Positions 23,076-40,013 are shown, counted from the first letter of the whole stretch. The stretch is DNA of 59,842 nucleotides, filler included, from Dugesia japonica (GCA_001938525.1; 6 parts of 6 records of this genome joined end to end with filler, not necessarily neighbours in it); one strand, 5' to 3'. A program made the numbers and translations. Notes: generated by a model not told the origin, from the sequence alone.

Positions 23076-23639
23076 TATCGACATTTTTAAATAAATTTAA
23101 ATAAATATGTATAAAAACAATGGTAATTTTTGTTTTAAAAATAAAAATTACCAATTAAACAGCATTTATATTTTAACTGATCAACCATCATCATCAGAAA
23201 ATATTTGATTTAGTTTATATTTTAGTTTATAAAAATTATCATTATAATCATTATAATTATAATTATTAAATTATAATCTAATATATAAAAATTATATCAA
23301 AACCAAACTAATAATAAAATATTTAAAAGATTTTTCGATTTAATTAAAAAATTTTGAAAGTTAATTTTAAATTAAAATTTATAAACCAATAAAATTGTGA
23401 TAAAATATAAAGAATTTTGTAACAAAGATCTATTGTCGTTTTGAATATATCAAGAAGTCATCATTTTCGATCATCATTTTATTTTGATCGAAGCTCTTTC
23501 TTTATTTTAATGAAATCTCAAATGCGGTCAATGGTTAAGTCTAACAATTATTCTCGCAATAATTGTAATTATAAAATTAGTTTATAATATTTAAACAAAG
23601 ATTAAAGCAATTAAATTGAATATAAGATGGATACATTAA

Positions 23640-24767
23640 TATTGGGTTGTCTGGAAAGTTCGTATCTATTTTCAGTATGTGCAATTAAAACACGTGTTAA
23701 TATATAGAATGATTGAAAACAAGTCACATCAATATACATATTCTCATAGGTAAATGACATATGTGAATTAATAAAATAAAATGATTGGTAAAATAACCAT
23801 CGAAAGTATTACGCCAATTTAAAAAAAAATATATGTCATTTTTTTTGTAAAGGTGCTTTATCAGAGAAAGCTGCTCTGCAGCGGTTTGCTAAGTTTAAAG
23901 CTGGTGATTTATTTAAACCTTGCCGACGAGAAACGTCTGGGTTGACCCAATACCACTGATGAAGATCAGATCAAAACACTTGTTGAGAATAATCTACATC
24001 ATACGACACATGAATTAGCAGAAATCCGAAATATACAGCAAATTACCATCAATGAGCATTTATTGAAGCTTGGATACGTTAACCATTTAGATAAATAGAT
24101 TCCACATGATTTAAGTAAAAAGAACTTAGAGGATTGCATTAGGATCAGCGAATCACTCTATAAACGCATCGAGGTGGCAACATTTTTAAGCAAATAGTGA
24201 CAGGAGATGAGAAATAGATCATTTATATTAATGTTAAGTGGAAAAGATCCTGGAAAAAACCATTAACGACCCCGAAAGCCATTTGAAAAAGTTTATGCTG
24301 TGTGTCGAGTGGGACTGAAAAGGAATTTTGTTTTAGGAGTGTCTATAAACTAATTAGACGATAAATTCCGAAATGTATTGTTTTCAATTAGACGAAATAA
24401 ACAAATAAATTGAAAGAACAACGTCCAACCATAGGCAGTCGGGAGAGAGTCACGTTTCATCAGGTCAATGCGCGCCCTCATGAGTCTTTGGTTACTAGAA
24501 AAACGTATTCGGAGCTCGGTGAGGAAATACTAACCATTCATTCATCAGACATTGCACACACAGATTTCCACCTATTTATATTTTTGCCGAATTTACTTAA
24601 TAACAAAATCTTTAGTTTTTTGGTCCTTACGTGAAAAATGGAGAAATTTTTGTGAATGATCAAATTGTTGAAAATTGTAAAGTTTGAATAAAATAAAAAT
24701 ATTTCTAATTTAAATTTCCCACTTTTTAAATTCGGAAACTTATTTAAATTTAATATTTCAAACAATA
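23640..24767 (+). mobile_element. Decayed mariner (DD34D) transposon
   Basis: Left TIR TATTGGGTTGTC...; transposase remnants *IPHDL, IVTGDEK, TINSEMYC-QL, HQVNARPH, SSDIA-TDFHLF with many stops; right TIR degenerate. Confidence 0.85.
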
Positions 24768-27555
24768 CAAAATTTTCTTAATCATTTATTTGTTTCACAA
24801 TTATCTTCAATACATATAATTAATAATTTTTCCATTTTACCAAAATACTACTTCTTTGTCAGGGTCATTTTGAGATACTTTAAAGGTGCAGCAGATTGTA
24901 AATCATTTAGGCAGTCCAACTGCTTTATAAATGTGGATAATTTTCAATACGATGTAAAATCTCTAGTTTAGTTTCTAATGTAAGAGATTTCCTACCTTTC
25001 TTTTTAGTTTCGAAATTCAATGAATGTTTCGGTGAGATTTGTTTTAAAAGGATGTTTATGTTTGAAAGAATTAATAAATATATTTATTATATTATTTACG
25101 AAACTATTTATTAAAGATAAATTCTACACTAAAAAAAGTTAACCAAGTGAATTGTGACAATCAAATTCTTACCTGATAATAAATTGCTTGATTTGGATTG
25201 GATCCCTATAATATAAGAAAATANATTTATATACATAAAATCTTACTTATAAGTTTAATAGATGAATTTAATTTAGAAATCTAAAAAAGAAAGAAAAAAT
25301 AAACCAACACAGCAAGCACACACACACAGTTTTATCAAACAATTATTAAGTTTATAAAAGTTTAACAGCTACAAAAATAAAGGTTTTAAAATGAATTTTC
25401 TCGTAAAGTATATATTTTACCATACTAATCCTTTAAACAATGTATAGGTAGTTTTCAACTGCCTACCCGATAATATCAAATTCAAGTCCTGGTCATAAAA
25501 ATTAGAGGCTGGGCGTGGTCTTTGAACTTTAAAATTTTAGATCTTTAATAACTCTTCGTTTAATTTTAATTCTTTGTCACAGTTCATCAAAGTGTATTGG
25601 AATAACAAAAATAACTATTGCAAATATCTGTCGTTTGAATATAGCTTTTTAAAATTTAAATAGAATAAATATGTTGTGGAAATCAAAAGTATTATTTTTA
25701 ATTAATTACATTTTAACGAAATTTATAGCAAATCTAATTTAAACAGAATTTTTCGAATTTCATAGTTTTTGATATATTAAATAAAGTATTAAATTTTCAA
25801 TAATCTAAATTTGTTATGAAAATGACTAAATGAATTTTCACTAGAAATTAAATAGCTTTCATTATTCCTTAACAGTAAAACCATTAAAGAAAGTCTGTTT
25901 TAAAAATTTCCTGAAAAATGCTTGAAAATGAATTTTTTTAAAATCAAAATCAATATTATAATCAATAAAAAGTATTAGAAAAATGATAATCTTAAATTAA
26001 AAATCAATCTTATGTATTAAATAGAATTGGAACAAATTGGTTGATAAATTACCGATTAAAAGTTGTTTAATATTGGTAATTATAATATAATTTCTTCTTC
26101 TCTGATTTAATATCTAAAATTTTTCATATAAATAAACTTTATTACAAAATTTTTAACTTAATAATTATTGAAAACTATTAAAAATTTATTTACATAAAAA
26201 AAAATTAAAAAATAGAGAAATTTAATAATAATAAAAAACTTACAATATTAAACAGTGTAGCTCTTAAATTTATGATTGTTTAAATATTATTCCAAATGTT
26301 TCTAATTTTTCTAATTAATACAAACAGAAACAACTGGAAATCAAACAAGAATAAANNNNNNNNNNNNNNNNNNNNNNNNNNNNNNNNAAAGTTACAACGC
26401 AGTAAAATATGTACATTGTTTTTTTCCAGCCGTATAATAATTTTAAAATTTTGTTCAGAAACTTTAAAGATTATTGGGAGAGAATTATGTGAAAAGCATT
26501 GATGATTGGATTAAGTGATCCAAAAATTAATATTGAAACATGTTTTTCCAGGTCTTTATTGAATATTTCTTAATTAATTTGGTTTGTTGAAGAGATTAAA
26601 TAAATGATTACATAATCAAAATTCCAATATATAAGAAATTTTACACATTAAAATGTTATAAAAGAAGTTGATAGATAATCTGTCGAAAACATATTGTAGT
26701 AAAATATATTTTGCAATATTTATTTAAAAAATAGCATTTTATTTTGATTATTCAGGTTAAATTAATTTAAATAATGTATTAATATAAAATTTCAAAAAGA
26801 AATTTTCAAAATAAAAAATTTTTCAGATAGAGAATCTCATCGAAAATCTGGAATATTACATTAAAAATTAAAGCTTTTCGAAATGTTTTATAGAAAATTT
26901 TCCAATTCGAGATCTTTTCACATTCAAAAGGTTAAAAACAAACTCAAAGTAATTAAAATAACAAAGAATTACAAATTAATACTTAATTGCCTGATATTTG
27001 TATTAAAGAATTTGTTTTGTTAATAAAAAAATTCAAATAAATTTTCGAGAGAAGAATAAATAAATCTATTGTTAATAGATATATGAGTATTGGCGAGTAA
27101 GAAAATAAAGTGCATGTCAAATTGAAATATATTAAAAATTGTATGGATAAATCACGATTATGATATGATATGATTTTTTAATACTTTAAACTATGTGATT
27201 CCCGGTAAGTACTAGGAGTATTCTATCAAGAGAGCAACAATCGAAAAGGCGAAAAACAAAAGAGCGAATCATATCTATCGATATCAATATTCAATTTTAG
27301 ACGTGTGGATAAATTTACGAAAATTTTATTTGTTTTAATTATATAACTCTATTTAAATGAACATTTGCTACATTTTTATCTTTGTCGGTATATTTTATGG
27401 TCACTTTTTAATTGTCACATTTTTGTTTGAACTAATTAGTTTCTGTATTCTATTAGATATTTACAGTGACTCTCGGAGGAGTGCTGTTAATTTTCTATTA
27501 TGATTTTATCATCAGACGGAAAATTATTAATTTTTATATATATATATATATATAA

Positions 27556-28580
27556 AATAAGAGATTAAAGTGTCTATATATATCCAATAAAACCTGTTAC
27601 GTAATTAATCGAATAAAATAAGATTGGAATTCCATTATGTGACCCAATTTTCAAAGCTTCGTACTCAACTCCTTCAAAATAATTACCAAAACCGATGTTC
27701 CAAACCTTAAACTAATCGATGCTTATTTTACCTTTTCTATTTTATCAATAACAGGCATGATCTATAGCCGAACTTTTTCCTACTCAATCGCATATGCTCA
27801 TTAACACGTGTGCAAAGATGACGTTTTGTCTCTCCAAGATACGTGTCATCANNNNNNNNNNNNNNNNNNNNNNNNNNNNNNNNNNNNNNNNNNNNNNNNN
27901 NTATATATATATATATATATATATAAAATAAGAGATTAAAGTGTTTATATATATCCAATAAGACCTGTTACGTAATTAATCGAATAAAATAAGATTGGAA
28001 TTGCATTATGTGACCCAATTTTCAAAGCTTCGTACTTAACTCTTTCAAAATAATTACCAAAACCGATGTTCCAAACCTTAAACTCATCGATGCTTATTTT
28101 ACCTTTTCTATTTTATCAATAACAGGCATGATCTATAGCCGAAATTTATCCTACTCAATCGCATATGCTCATTAACACGTGTGCAAAGATGACGTTTTGT
28201 CTCTCCAAGATACGTGTCATCACATTCGTTACAATTAAATTGATAAACTAGATTAGCGGGTAAAGCATTTGGTGTAGTAAATTTGTTGATTAAATGAGTG
28301 AAGGTTTTTAAATGAAAATTAATGTAAATTTATTATCATCAAAATATTTCATGAGTGAGCACTTCAGTGATTTAGCTCCGTCGGAGAATGGTAGTTTTAT
28401 AGTTATTTTTTCTTGATTATTGTTTATGTATTCCTTTTGGTCATTATTTGATACTGACCACAATTTGTTAGAAGTACTCCGTAGATTATTATACATTATT
28501 TTTTTGCTAGATCCATTAGCGTCTTATTTTAGGACAGTAACTGATGACGGACATAGATTTGTCCGAAACATGTCTTACAA
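27556..28580 (-). mobile_element. Penelope-like element fragment (GIY-YIG endonuclease) between (TA)n tracts; 27535-27851 duplicated at 27902-28221 across a gap
   Basis: NLVYQFNCNECDDTYLGETKRHLCTRVNEHMR and a downstream EALKI motif; (TA)n at 27535-27554, 27902-27925, 28581-28601. Confidence 0.8.
28537..28578 (+). ncRNA. Minimal type-I hammerhead ribozyme
   Basis: Stem I GTAA/TTAC, CTGATGA 28541-28547, extra C, stem II GGACA/TGTCC, GAAA, palindromic stem III ACATGT, GUC triplet 28572-28574. Confidence 0.85.
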
Positions 28581-29089
28581 ATATATATATATATATATAT
28601 ANNNNNNNNNNNNNNNNNNNNNNNNNNNNNNNNNNNNNNNNNNNNTTAATTAATTAANNNNNNNNNNNNNNNNNNNNNNNNNNNNNNNNNNNNNNNNNNN
28701 NAAAAATAATTATACAATAAAATAATAAAAATAAATAAAATAATAAAATTATTAAAATAATAAAATTATTAAAATAATTAAAATAATAAATAAAAAGTTC
28801 ATTAAATTTTTAATGTATTCTAATTTTAGATTTATTAGTTAAAAGTTATTTAATAACCAAACCATGGAATCTCATCAATTCATTCAAGTTCCAGATAAAT
28901 AGAGTTAATTATACTTATTGTTATGGAAAGGACGAAAGTTCAAAATGGTAAATAAAATTACTGTTAAATAAAGGATATAAGTATAAAGAAGCCAAATAAT
29001 GTTTGAAGTTTATGAATGATGACCCAACCTAGATCACTGAAAATTATCATTCAGCAAAAAATGAAGCAGCAAAATCAGTTTATATACTT

Positions 29090-29390
29090 TATTTTAAAAT
29101 AGCGCCGGCCTAAAATCCACACCAAACAGTGACACATTTGAAATGTATTCCTTTCTCACGAAACACATGCGGATTTTCATCACTTCAAATGCGCCAATTT
29201 TTCCTTTGTTTACCAGTTGGCTTGTAGGTTTCTGTTCTTGGGTCAGTTGAGTTTTGTAGGGATAAATACGCAAATAGTTTGTGAGAATACGTTGCAAAGT
29301 GCTACTTAAAATGTGAAATTCTTGAGCGCGATGCTGGATGGGTGTTCTCGGGTGTTAGTAACCACTGATCTACAGTTATCTGTTTACAGT
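29090..29390 (-). mobile_element. Tc1/mariner-superfamily transposase remnant (rosa/DUF4817-like)
   Basis: LRIYPYKTQLTQEQKP and VTVWCGF motifs in shifted frames. Confidence 0.6.
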
Positions 29391-29394
29391 TATT

Positions 29395-30760
29395 GTTTAA
29401 TTTTGAAAACTCCTATTAGATTGAGTGTGACATTCTATATTTTGAATATATTCAAATAAATTTATTCAAAATTTACTGCAATTAATGTCGACCAATCAAA
29501 GAGCGGCCATCGCACTTTCCTAGTTTTAATGTATTTTTAGTGTATTTTTTAATTGTTGATGTGGCTTTTTTGTCCAGGTCTTATTTATCGTGGCGTCATA
29601 ATTCAAATAGATTTATTCAAAATTTACAGTAATTAGTGTCGACCAATCAAAGAGCGGTCATTGCACATTTCCTATTTTTAATGTATTTTTAGTATTTTTG
29701 TATATTTTTGACGGAGCTCTTTTGTTGTGGCGCCATAATTCAAATAAATTTATTGGAAATTGAAAATTTACTGCAATTAATGTCGACCAATCAAAGAGCT
29801 GTCATCGCATATTAACTATTTTTAATGTATTTTTTGGTGGATTATTGGATTTTTTGATGGAGTTATTTTGTCGGGACGCCAGAATTTTTTAATAAAGATC
29901 TTAATNTTCTTTGTTTACTTTCGACATCTTTTATCAAATCTTCTTTGGATAATTTTTGTTTTTAACAAATCCTCAGTCAATTCAAATCTTTAAATTACTT
30001 TTATTCTTCTTTTTATTAAATTAATGCTTCAGAAAATACAAAAAATAACTGATGATTGACACACAAAATCAATTTTAGAAAGGGTGTAAAAACTTATTTT
30101 GAGATTAAAAGTTGTTATAACATACTAAAACTGTTTAGAATCACTGTCATTCATTTAATTTTGATTAAAATCCAATAAGGTTGAGGATGAAATTTAATAT
30201 TTTGAATATATTTCAAATAAATTTATTCAAAATTTACTGCAATTACTGTCAACCAATCAAAGAGCGACCAGTGCACATTTTCTATTTATAATGTATTTGT
30301 TAGTGTATCTTTGGTTATTTTTTGACGAGACTGTTTTACTTCGTAATATTTTGTCGTAGAGCCAGAATTTTTGTAAAAAAAAAGTATTCTCCTATTTTAA
30401 GGAAGGTTCAAAAACTTATTTTTCGGTCAAAAAGCCAACTTTAAAAAATGTTAAGAACCACTGCCATTTGTTTAATTTTGAAAAATTCGATTAGATTGAG
30501 TGTGAAATTCTATGATTTGAGTATAATTCAAGAAAATTTATTGGATTTACTGGAATAAATATCGACCAATCAAAGAGCGGCAATTATATATTTCCTATTT
30601 TTAATAAATTTTTTGTGTCTTTTTGGTTATTTTTTACGGTGTTCTTTTGTCCGTGGCTCATTTTTGTCGTGACACTATAATTCAAATAAATTTATTCAAA
30701 ATTTACTGTAATAAATGTAAACCAATCAAAAAGAGGTCAGTGCACATTTCCTATTCAGAT
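29395..30760. repeat. Degenerate ~150-bp composite satellite containing GACCAATCAAAGAGC
   Basis: Anchor motif at ~29490, 29641, 29785, 30251, 30564, 30720; second subunit (TTAATTTTG...TTAGATTGAGTGTGA) at ~29397, 30156, 30472. Confidence 0.85.
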
Positions 30761-31116
30761 TATTTGAAAATATATAGAGATTTTCTCTATCTTAAACACC
30801 TCTAAAATATAAAAACAATTATTAATAAAAAAAATTAATCATAAAAGAACTGAAAATATAAATTGATTTCTTCAAATTATTTATCTAATTTGTTAGTTTC
30901 TACTTACGTTTTTTATAATAAAGAATACAATTTATTCTAACAAAGCATTATTCAATAAAACGATTTTGAAATTAACACAAATAACAAAACCACTGAGTCA
31001 ATGTTGAACTTATAAATTAATTTCTTTGTGTTTCTTATAATTGATTTGAAGGGCTCAAAATATTATTTTATTTTTGGATAAAATTTGAAATTATTCACAT
31101 CAAAACCAAATCATAC

Positions 31117-31655
31117 CTGGGTAATTGCAAATTCAGGATCTTCAACACCATATGACGCTAAAAATGCATCACGAACTTTTAAAAATAAAACTCCATTCAT
31201 TTGAAGTACAACATTATCTACAAACGCGTAATTGAATAATTAATTTGTATTTCTATTCAACCTGCAGTAATAGCTGACTGATTTGGTATATTGATAGCGA
31301 ATTCCTTCAATAATTGTACATAAGCAATTTTCTCAATAATTGGAATAGCGATATTTAGTCCCTATAATTTATCTCATAATTATATATAGATTCACTTAAA
31401 CAATTTTACTGGTTCAAGAGTTCGACTATATTTTCCAAATCTTTCAACGATCCAAGCTTCTTGCTGAGGAACAAATAAAATTCCTGTATTATATTTGGAT
31501 TTCCCTGTTCCAGGCTCATATGGGTTATTATACAAAGTACGGCTTTGAAATATAAGTGGAGAAATAGTACGAAAACACTATACCAATTATATATAAAAAA
31601 ACTGGAAAAATTAATTAATTACTTTGAAAGATTTATTATACAAGTTAAAGGTCAT
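31117..31655 (-). CDS. STOML2: Stomatin-like protein 2 (mitochondrial), exons 1-4: 31655-31623, 31577-31410, 31361-31262, 31217-31117
   Basis: Spliced translation NTGILFVPQQEAWIVERFGKYSRTLEP|GLNIAIPIIEKIAYVQLLKE..IP-QSAIT-D|NV-L-MNGVLFL...ASYGVEDPEFAITQ; GT-AG introns of 45, 48 and 44 nt keep frame. Remaining exons not found. Confidence 0.93.
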
Positions 31656-34600
31656 TATAAAAAATTTTAAATTGTACTTTATCACAAAGGACTATAAATC
31701 AAAATATTTAATAAATATGACCTAATATTATTTTATTAAATATTAGACAACCAATTTTAAAATTTTAAATTTAGTAATTTTCAAGTTATCTAAATTAAAC
31801 AAACAATTAAGTAAAATATTACCTCCGACAATTAAATATTATAGTTTAATCCAACGAAAATTATATTAAAGACAAATTATCAATATCATCATTTTATTAC
31901 GCAAACTTAAATATTTATCATTATAATCATAACTAATAAGAGAGAATTTGATTTTAATTATTGGAAACCAAATAACAAATGTAGTAAAGTTCAAATACAC
32001 TTAATATTTCATTTTATTTGAAAGGTAATACTTAAACTAACATTACACAAAAAAATTTTTATCGAAGAAAAAAACAAGTAAATCTACATNNNNNNNNNNN
32101 NNNNNNNNNNNNNNNNNNTTGTAACTAATTTTTTACACCTAGATAATTAAAGGTAATATGAGAAAATCTTGTCGGGTAATACTTAAAATATTGAATAATA
32201 TTATGTATTTAAAACTACAACCGTATTTCATCGTTTAATTTGTCTGTGCAAGCTATTCAGTTTTTTATAAAAATCCTTGTTAAAGAACTTCAATAAATTT
32301 TTTAAATTAGTTCGCACACCGAATTTTGTACTATTTTGTGCAATTACCCACCACAATTCAAATGAAAATTTCCTTTTGAATTTATGCAGAAACGTGACGA
32401 GCAAATATTTTATTACACCAACCTATAATAAACCAAGAACAAATTTGAAAAATTCATTCTCAGAGATTTTTTAGTGAGTTTTTCTTCGCTTTTTAGAAGA
32501 ACCACTGGTGAAATATAAATAACCAGAAAACAAATAGTTGAATATCAATATCTCATACCAATAATACAGTCGAATTGCAAATTTAGAACTGAAAAAATCT
32601 TTAGACAGTCCAAGGAAAATTAAAGTATACCCGATTTCTACTAATGCAGTCCATCTCTTCGATCTGCTTCATGATTCTTTTGGTTTCATCTTTGATCACT
32701 GTCTTCTCCGTCNNNNNNNNNNNNNNNNNNNNNNNNNNNNNNNNNNNNNNNNNNNNNNNNNNNNNNNNNNNNNNNNNNNNNNNNNNNNNNNNNNNNNATG
32801 GTATGGTTTCTTTATTTTGGGTATTTTCTCTTCGTTGTTCTTCTTCACTCGGTTGCTTTTCATGAATTCGCATTTTATTATCTTTTAGGAGTAAATACCC
32901 TGAAGATGGCAGAAATTTGATAATACCTCGTGTGTTGTTCATCTATTCCATGGTTCATGTGGAAATAAGTGGTATCCCGTTTTAATTTTTAATTTCTTTG
33001 TGGCTAAAGCTACTCTTTTTGATCCTTCTTAACTTACACATTTTTTAAAAAAGTCATTCAAAAACAAGGTTTTTTTATACCACTATTTACAATTTTTCAA
33101 GATTTATTATTTCTGGGGTCTTATCTTTGTGTCTTCTAAATTTTTTAGGCCTAGCTCAAGGTACGAACGGTCGCTATTAGGAAACTCTCTCTATCGGCGT
33201 TGAACTTGATTATGCTGGTCATTATCCGACTTGATTACGCCTTTAATTTACTATTTTTTTCACGGAGGTGAATGTTCTTGCGTTGAAGCTCTGCGGTTTC
33301 ATTGATGCAGAATTTTTTAATGCAGACACTAAATGGATAGATGTTAAAAATATTTATTTGTAACACAATGTACATTTAATTTCAAGTTAAATTCATTTAA
33401 TTTTATTATATTAATTTATTTTATAACTAACGATATCTCCTTGATATTACTCCAAAGATCTATGATAAATAAGCACAAAGATATTTATAGAAGAAGAATT
33501 ATATTGTTGAGATACAAAGTTATATATCACAAATATTGTTATACTTATGTTTCGGTGATGTTCGTCTCCTCATCTGTTGCGGGAAGTATCATTTGTAATG
33601 GCGTCTCGATCTGACTCATCAATATTTCTGCAAGTTTCAGTAATTCTTCTACTTTGAGACTCATCTATCTTATCCTTGTAAGTAGCCGGGTTTGTTGTCA
33701 GAAATGTTGCCTGATACGATTGAGGAGGTTTATGAGGTCGACTTCTCTCTCACTCTGTCAAATAATAACCTCTGTCAGACCTCCTTTATGTTGTCACTCT
33801 TGGTTATTTTTTGTAGAATAACGAGATCTCTTGATTCCGTTTTACTTTTAGTGCTAGTTTCTCTGTTCACGATGATATCTGAATCTCCTTTTGTTTCAAT
33901 CTGTCTGTACAATCTTCCTTGGCGTGGTATCGGTTCTTTCGAGCGCAAGAGAATCTCAAAAATCTGGCATTACATTCGTACTGAACAACTATCCGTTTCT
34001 CTTTAAACTCTTCTCGTCCTCTGCTAAGATAACTCGTTGCGACATGTATAGTCAATCATAATCATCAATTTAATTTAATATGATATGTTATTCAAATCGT
34101 AAGATATAATTTAGTAGTACTATTGAGTAGGACGATCAATTCGAGCATATATGCTTTCCAATCAAAGTGCAATAATTTCTCTTTGTGTTACTTAAACCCG
34201 AAAGTATCAGTGAAACACTTGAGTAGCGAATCAAATATCTCACCAAGCAGAGATTTGATTACTCGTCACAATGAGCTGAGACGGGAATAGACTACTTTTA
34301 ATTATTAATTTCCATAAACTCAAACTATAACCAAATTCAAATAATTAACTTCAATCATTTAAAGACAATCTCAACCCTGTCGTTGTGGCAAATGGTTCTT
34401 CTGCTTCATATCAACTTGCATATAAGTGATGAAATTCTATTAATAATTAAACTAGGTAAAAACAAATTATGACAATTATAAATTATCAAATAAAATTAAT
34501 CTATGTCATTATTAATGAACAATCTAAAATTCACATCGAAATCAAGTAATAATTTTGACAAATTATAAGAACATAAAAGAAATCCCAATGATATTATTTT

Positions 34601-35049
34601 AAGATTATGATAAAATAAATAAAACAAACATGAATCAATGATCCAGATCATAGAAGTAATATTTTAAAATAAATATAACAATACTGCTCATAGAATTTTA
34701 CACAATCAATGTTATTAATCAAAATAAATTTAAATGAGGATCAACCATCAACAGCACCATACACTCTAGTCATAATATCATTTCTTTCATATAACCGTAA
34801 GCTATAACCGCTTTCATATAATTATTCGCATTAATTATTTGCATTAATTATTTGCATTAATTATTTACATTTAAATTTACTGTTGGGATCTGGTCCACTT
34901 GGGATCTGGTCCACCATAAATATGAATTTTGTTAATTAACTCGAACTATTATAGAATTGATTATTGATTTTGACTTTAATTTTTCATGAATATTTTCCAT
35001 CGTTTTGCTTTATTTATATATAATTAGTACATAATTAATATTGAAACAA

Positions 35050-35126
35050 TAATAGTATTATTGTTATTATTACTAATAATATTATCATTATTAGTATTAT
35101 TCTATTATTATTATCATTATTGCGAC

Positions 35127-35196
<70 letters not shown>
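35050..35196. repeat. (ATT)n microsatellite running into a gap
   Basis: Run of ATT units. Confidence 0.95.
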
Positions 35197-35991
35197 NNNN
35201 NNNNNNNNNNNNNNNNNNNNNNNNNNNNNNNNNNNNNNNNNNNNNNNNNNNNNNNNNNNNNNNNNNNNNNNNNNNNNNNNNNNNNNNNNNNNNNNNNNNN
35301 NNNNNNNNNNNNNNNNNNNNNNNNNNNNNNNNNNNNNNNNNNNNNNNNNNNNNNNNNNNNNNNNNNNNNNNNNNNNNNNNNNNNNNNNNNNNNNNNTGGT
35401 AAAAAAAAGTTATCAATTGTAAATCAATAACTTATAAAACTATTTTATTAAATTTTAAAATATGTTTGAAAGGAATGATTTTATGAAATTTTGGAAATTT
35501 TGGAATATGTTTAAACAAAATGATTTTTTTATATGATACGAAACCTTGTGTATTCTTTTATGTGAGTAATTATTGGTTTAATACATTGGTGTACGTGTAT
35601 GCACCCTGAACAGATTTAGTATAAATACTGATCTGTTTCAGGAATTATTTGGACTAATTTGATCAGCTAGAATCCAACCTCTCTGGGCGGCATCTCTAGC
35701 TTGCTTTAAAATATTGCGAATAAGATTTACTACTGTAATGACTTTATTGTGTTATATACTAAAAATAAAACTTAAAGGTGATTATTTGGCTTATTTATAT
35801 AAGGACGATGATACATATATTACCATATTTATAATTTTCAATTAAAGATATATCTTATATAATATTCGTATTAACATACAGCAAGGTATAAAANNNNNNN
35901 NNNNNNNNNNNAATAGATAAATAATACTTCATTAGTATCAAATTTACGAACCAATAAAATCTCTTGTTGAGTAGAAATACCCAACATTACG

Positions 35992-39098
<3,107 letters not shown>

Positions 39099-39124
39099 CT
39101 CTATAGAGTTCACTGTATATAAAA

Positions 39125-40010
39125 CCAATAGGTTTACTATGAATAAGACTTTTTTTGGTTTATTGTGTGTATTTAATGACATTATTAGGTTAATTGTGTG
39201 TATTATATTACTCTATATGGTGTATTGAGTGTAAGTATTATATGACTTTATTGGGTTTAATTTGTGTGTACTATAAGACTCTATTGAGTTTATAGTGTGT
39301 GTATTTTAATGGTTCCATGGGGTATTTGTGCATATTTAATGTAATTATTAGGTTAATTGTGTTTATTATATTACTTTATATAGTTTAATATGTGTATGGT
39401 TAATAATGCGTGGGTCTTAATATTGTGTATGAATTTAAGTGACTTTATTGAGTTTATTTTATGTATTTAATGACTTTATTATATTTATTGTATATATTAT
39501 ATGATTTTATTGGTTTATTTCTGTAATAGGATTATTATGTGTATTTAAATGATTTTATTAAGTTTTCTGTGTGAAGTTAACTGTCTGCATTATGTTTTCT
39601 GTGTGAATGTAAGTGACTTTATTGTATTTATTGTGTGTATTTAACTTATTTTATTTGGTTAATAGTATGTATTTAATTACTTCATTGGGTTTATTGCGCA
39701 TAAAAATATAGGATTTATTGTGAGTATTTAAGTGACTTTATTGGGTTAATTTTGTATTTTAATTACATTATTTGGTTTATTGCGTGTATTGTATGACTAT
39801 ACTGAGTTATTTGTGTATTATACGGCTCTATATCGTTTTTTGGTTTATTATGTGGATTATATTACTTCAAAAGGTGTATTGTATGTATTATATGACCCTA
39901 TTTTGCTAATTGTGTGTATTATATTACTCTATTTGGTTTATTCTATGTATAAGACTATATGGGGTTTATTGTGTGCATTCAATAAAATTATTAGGCTCAT
40001 TTATCAGCAT
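39125..40010. repeat. Degenerate ~30-bp minisatellite (GACTTTATTGGGTTTATTGTGTGTATTTAAT-like)
   Basis: Many tandem diverged copies. Confidence 0.85.
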
Positions 40011-40013
40011 GCG

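Noticed and set aside
23955-23990. CTGATGA...AAAAC hammerhead-like string (also 11612, 27509 minus, 37673)
   Set aside because: Lack GAAA or a pairing stem II / stem I; most lie within coding or transposase sequence.
32601-34055. Short ORFs as host genes
   Set aside because: No recognisable domain or consistent splice pattern; probably decayed TE sequence.
34221-34264. Hairpins at 34221-34264 and 46170-46212 as pre-miRNAs
   Set aside because: Short AT-rich stems in probable TE debris; no recognisable mature miRNA.
35061-35422. Poly-Y/L/I/N ORFs (also 48468-48774, 57103-57408, 39780-40016)
   Set aside because: Translations of microsatellites, minisatellites and N gaps.
39125-40010. CRISPR-like array (also 58245-58730)
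   Set aside because: Tandem degenerate units with no unique spacers, no cas genes, eukaryotic context.
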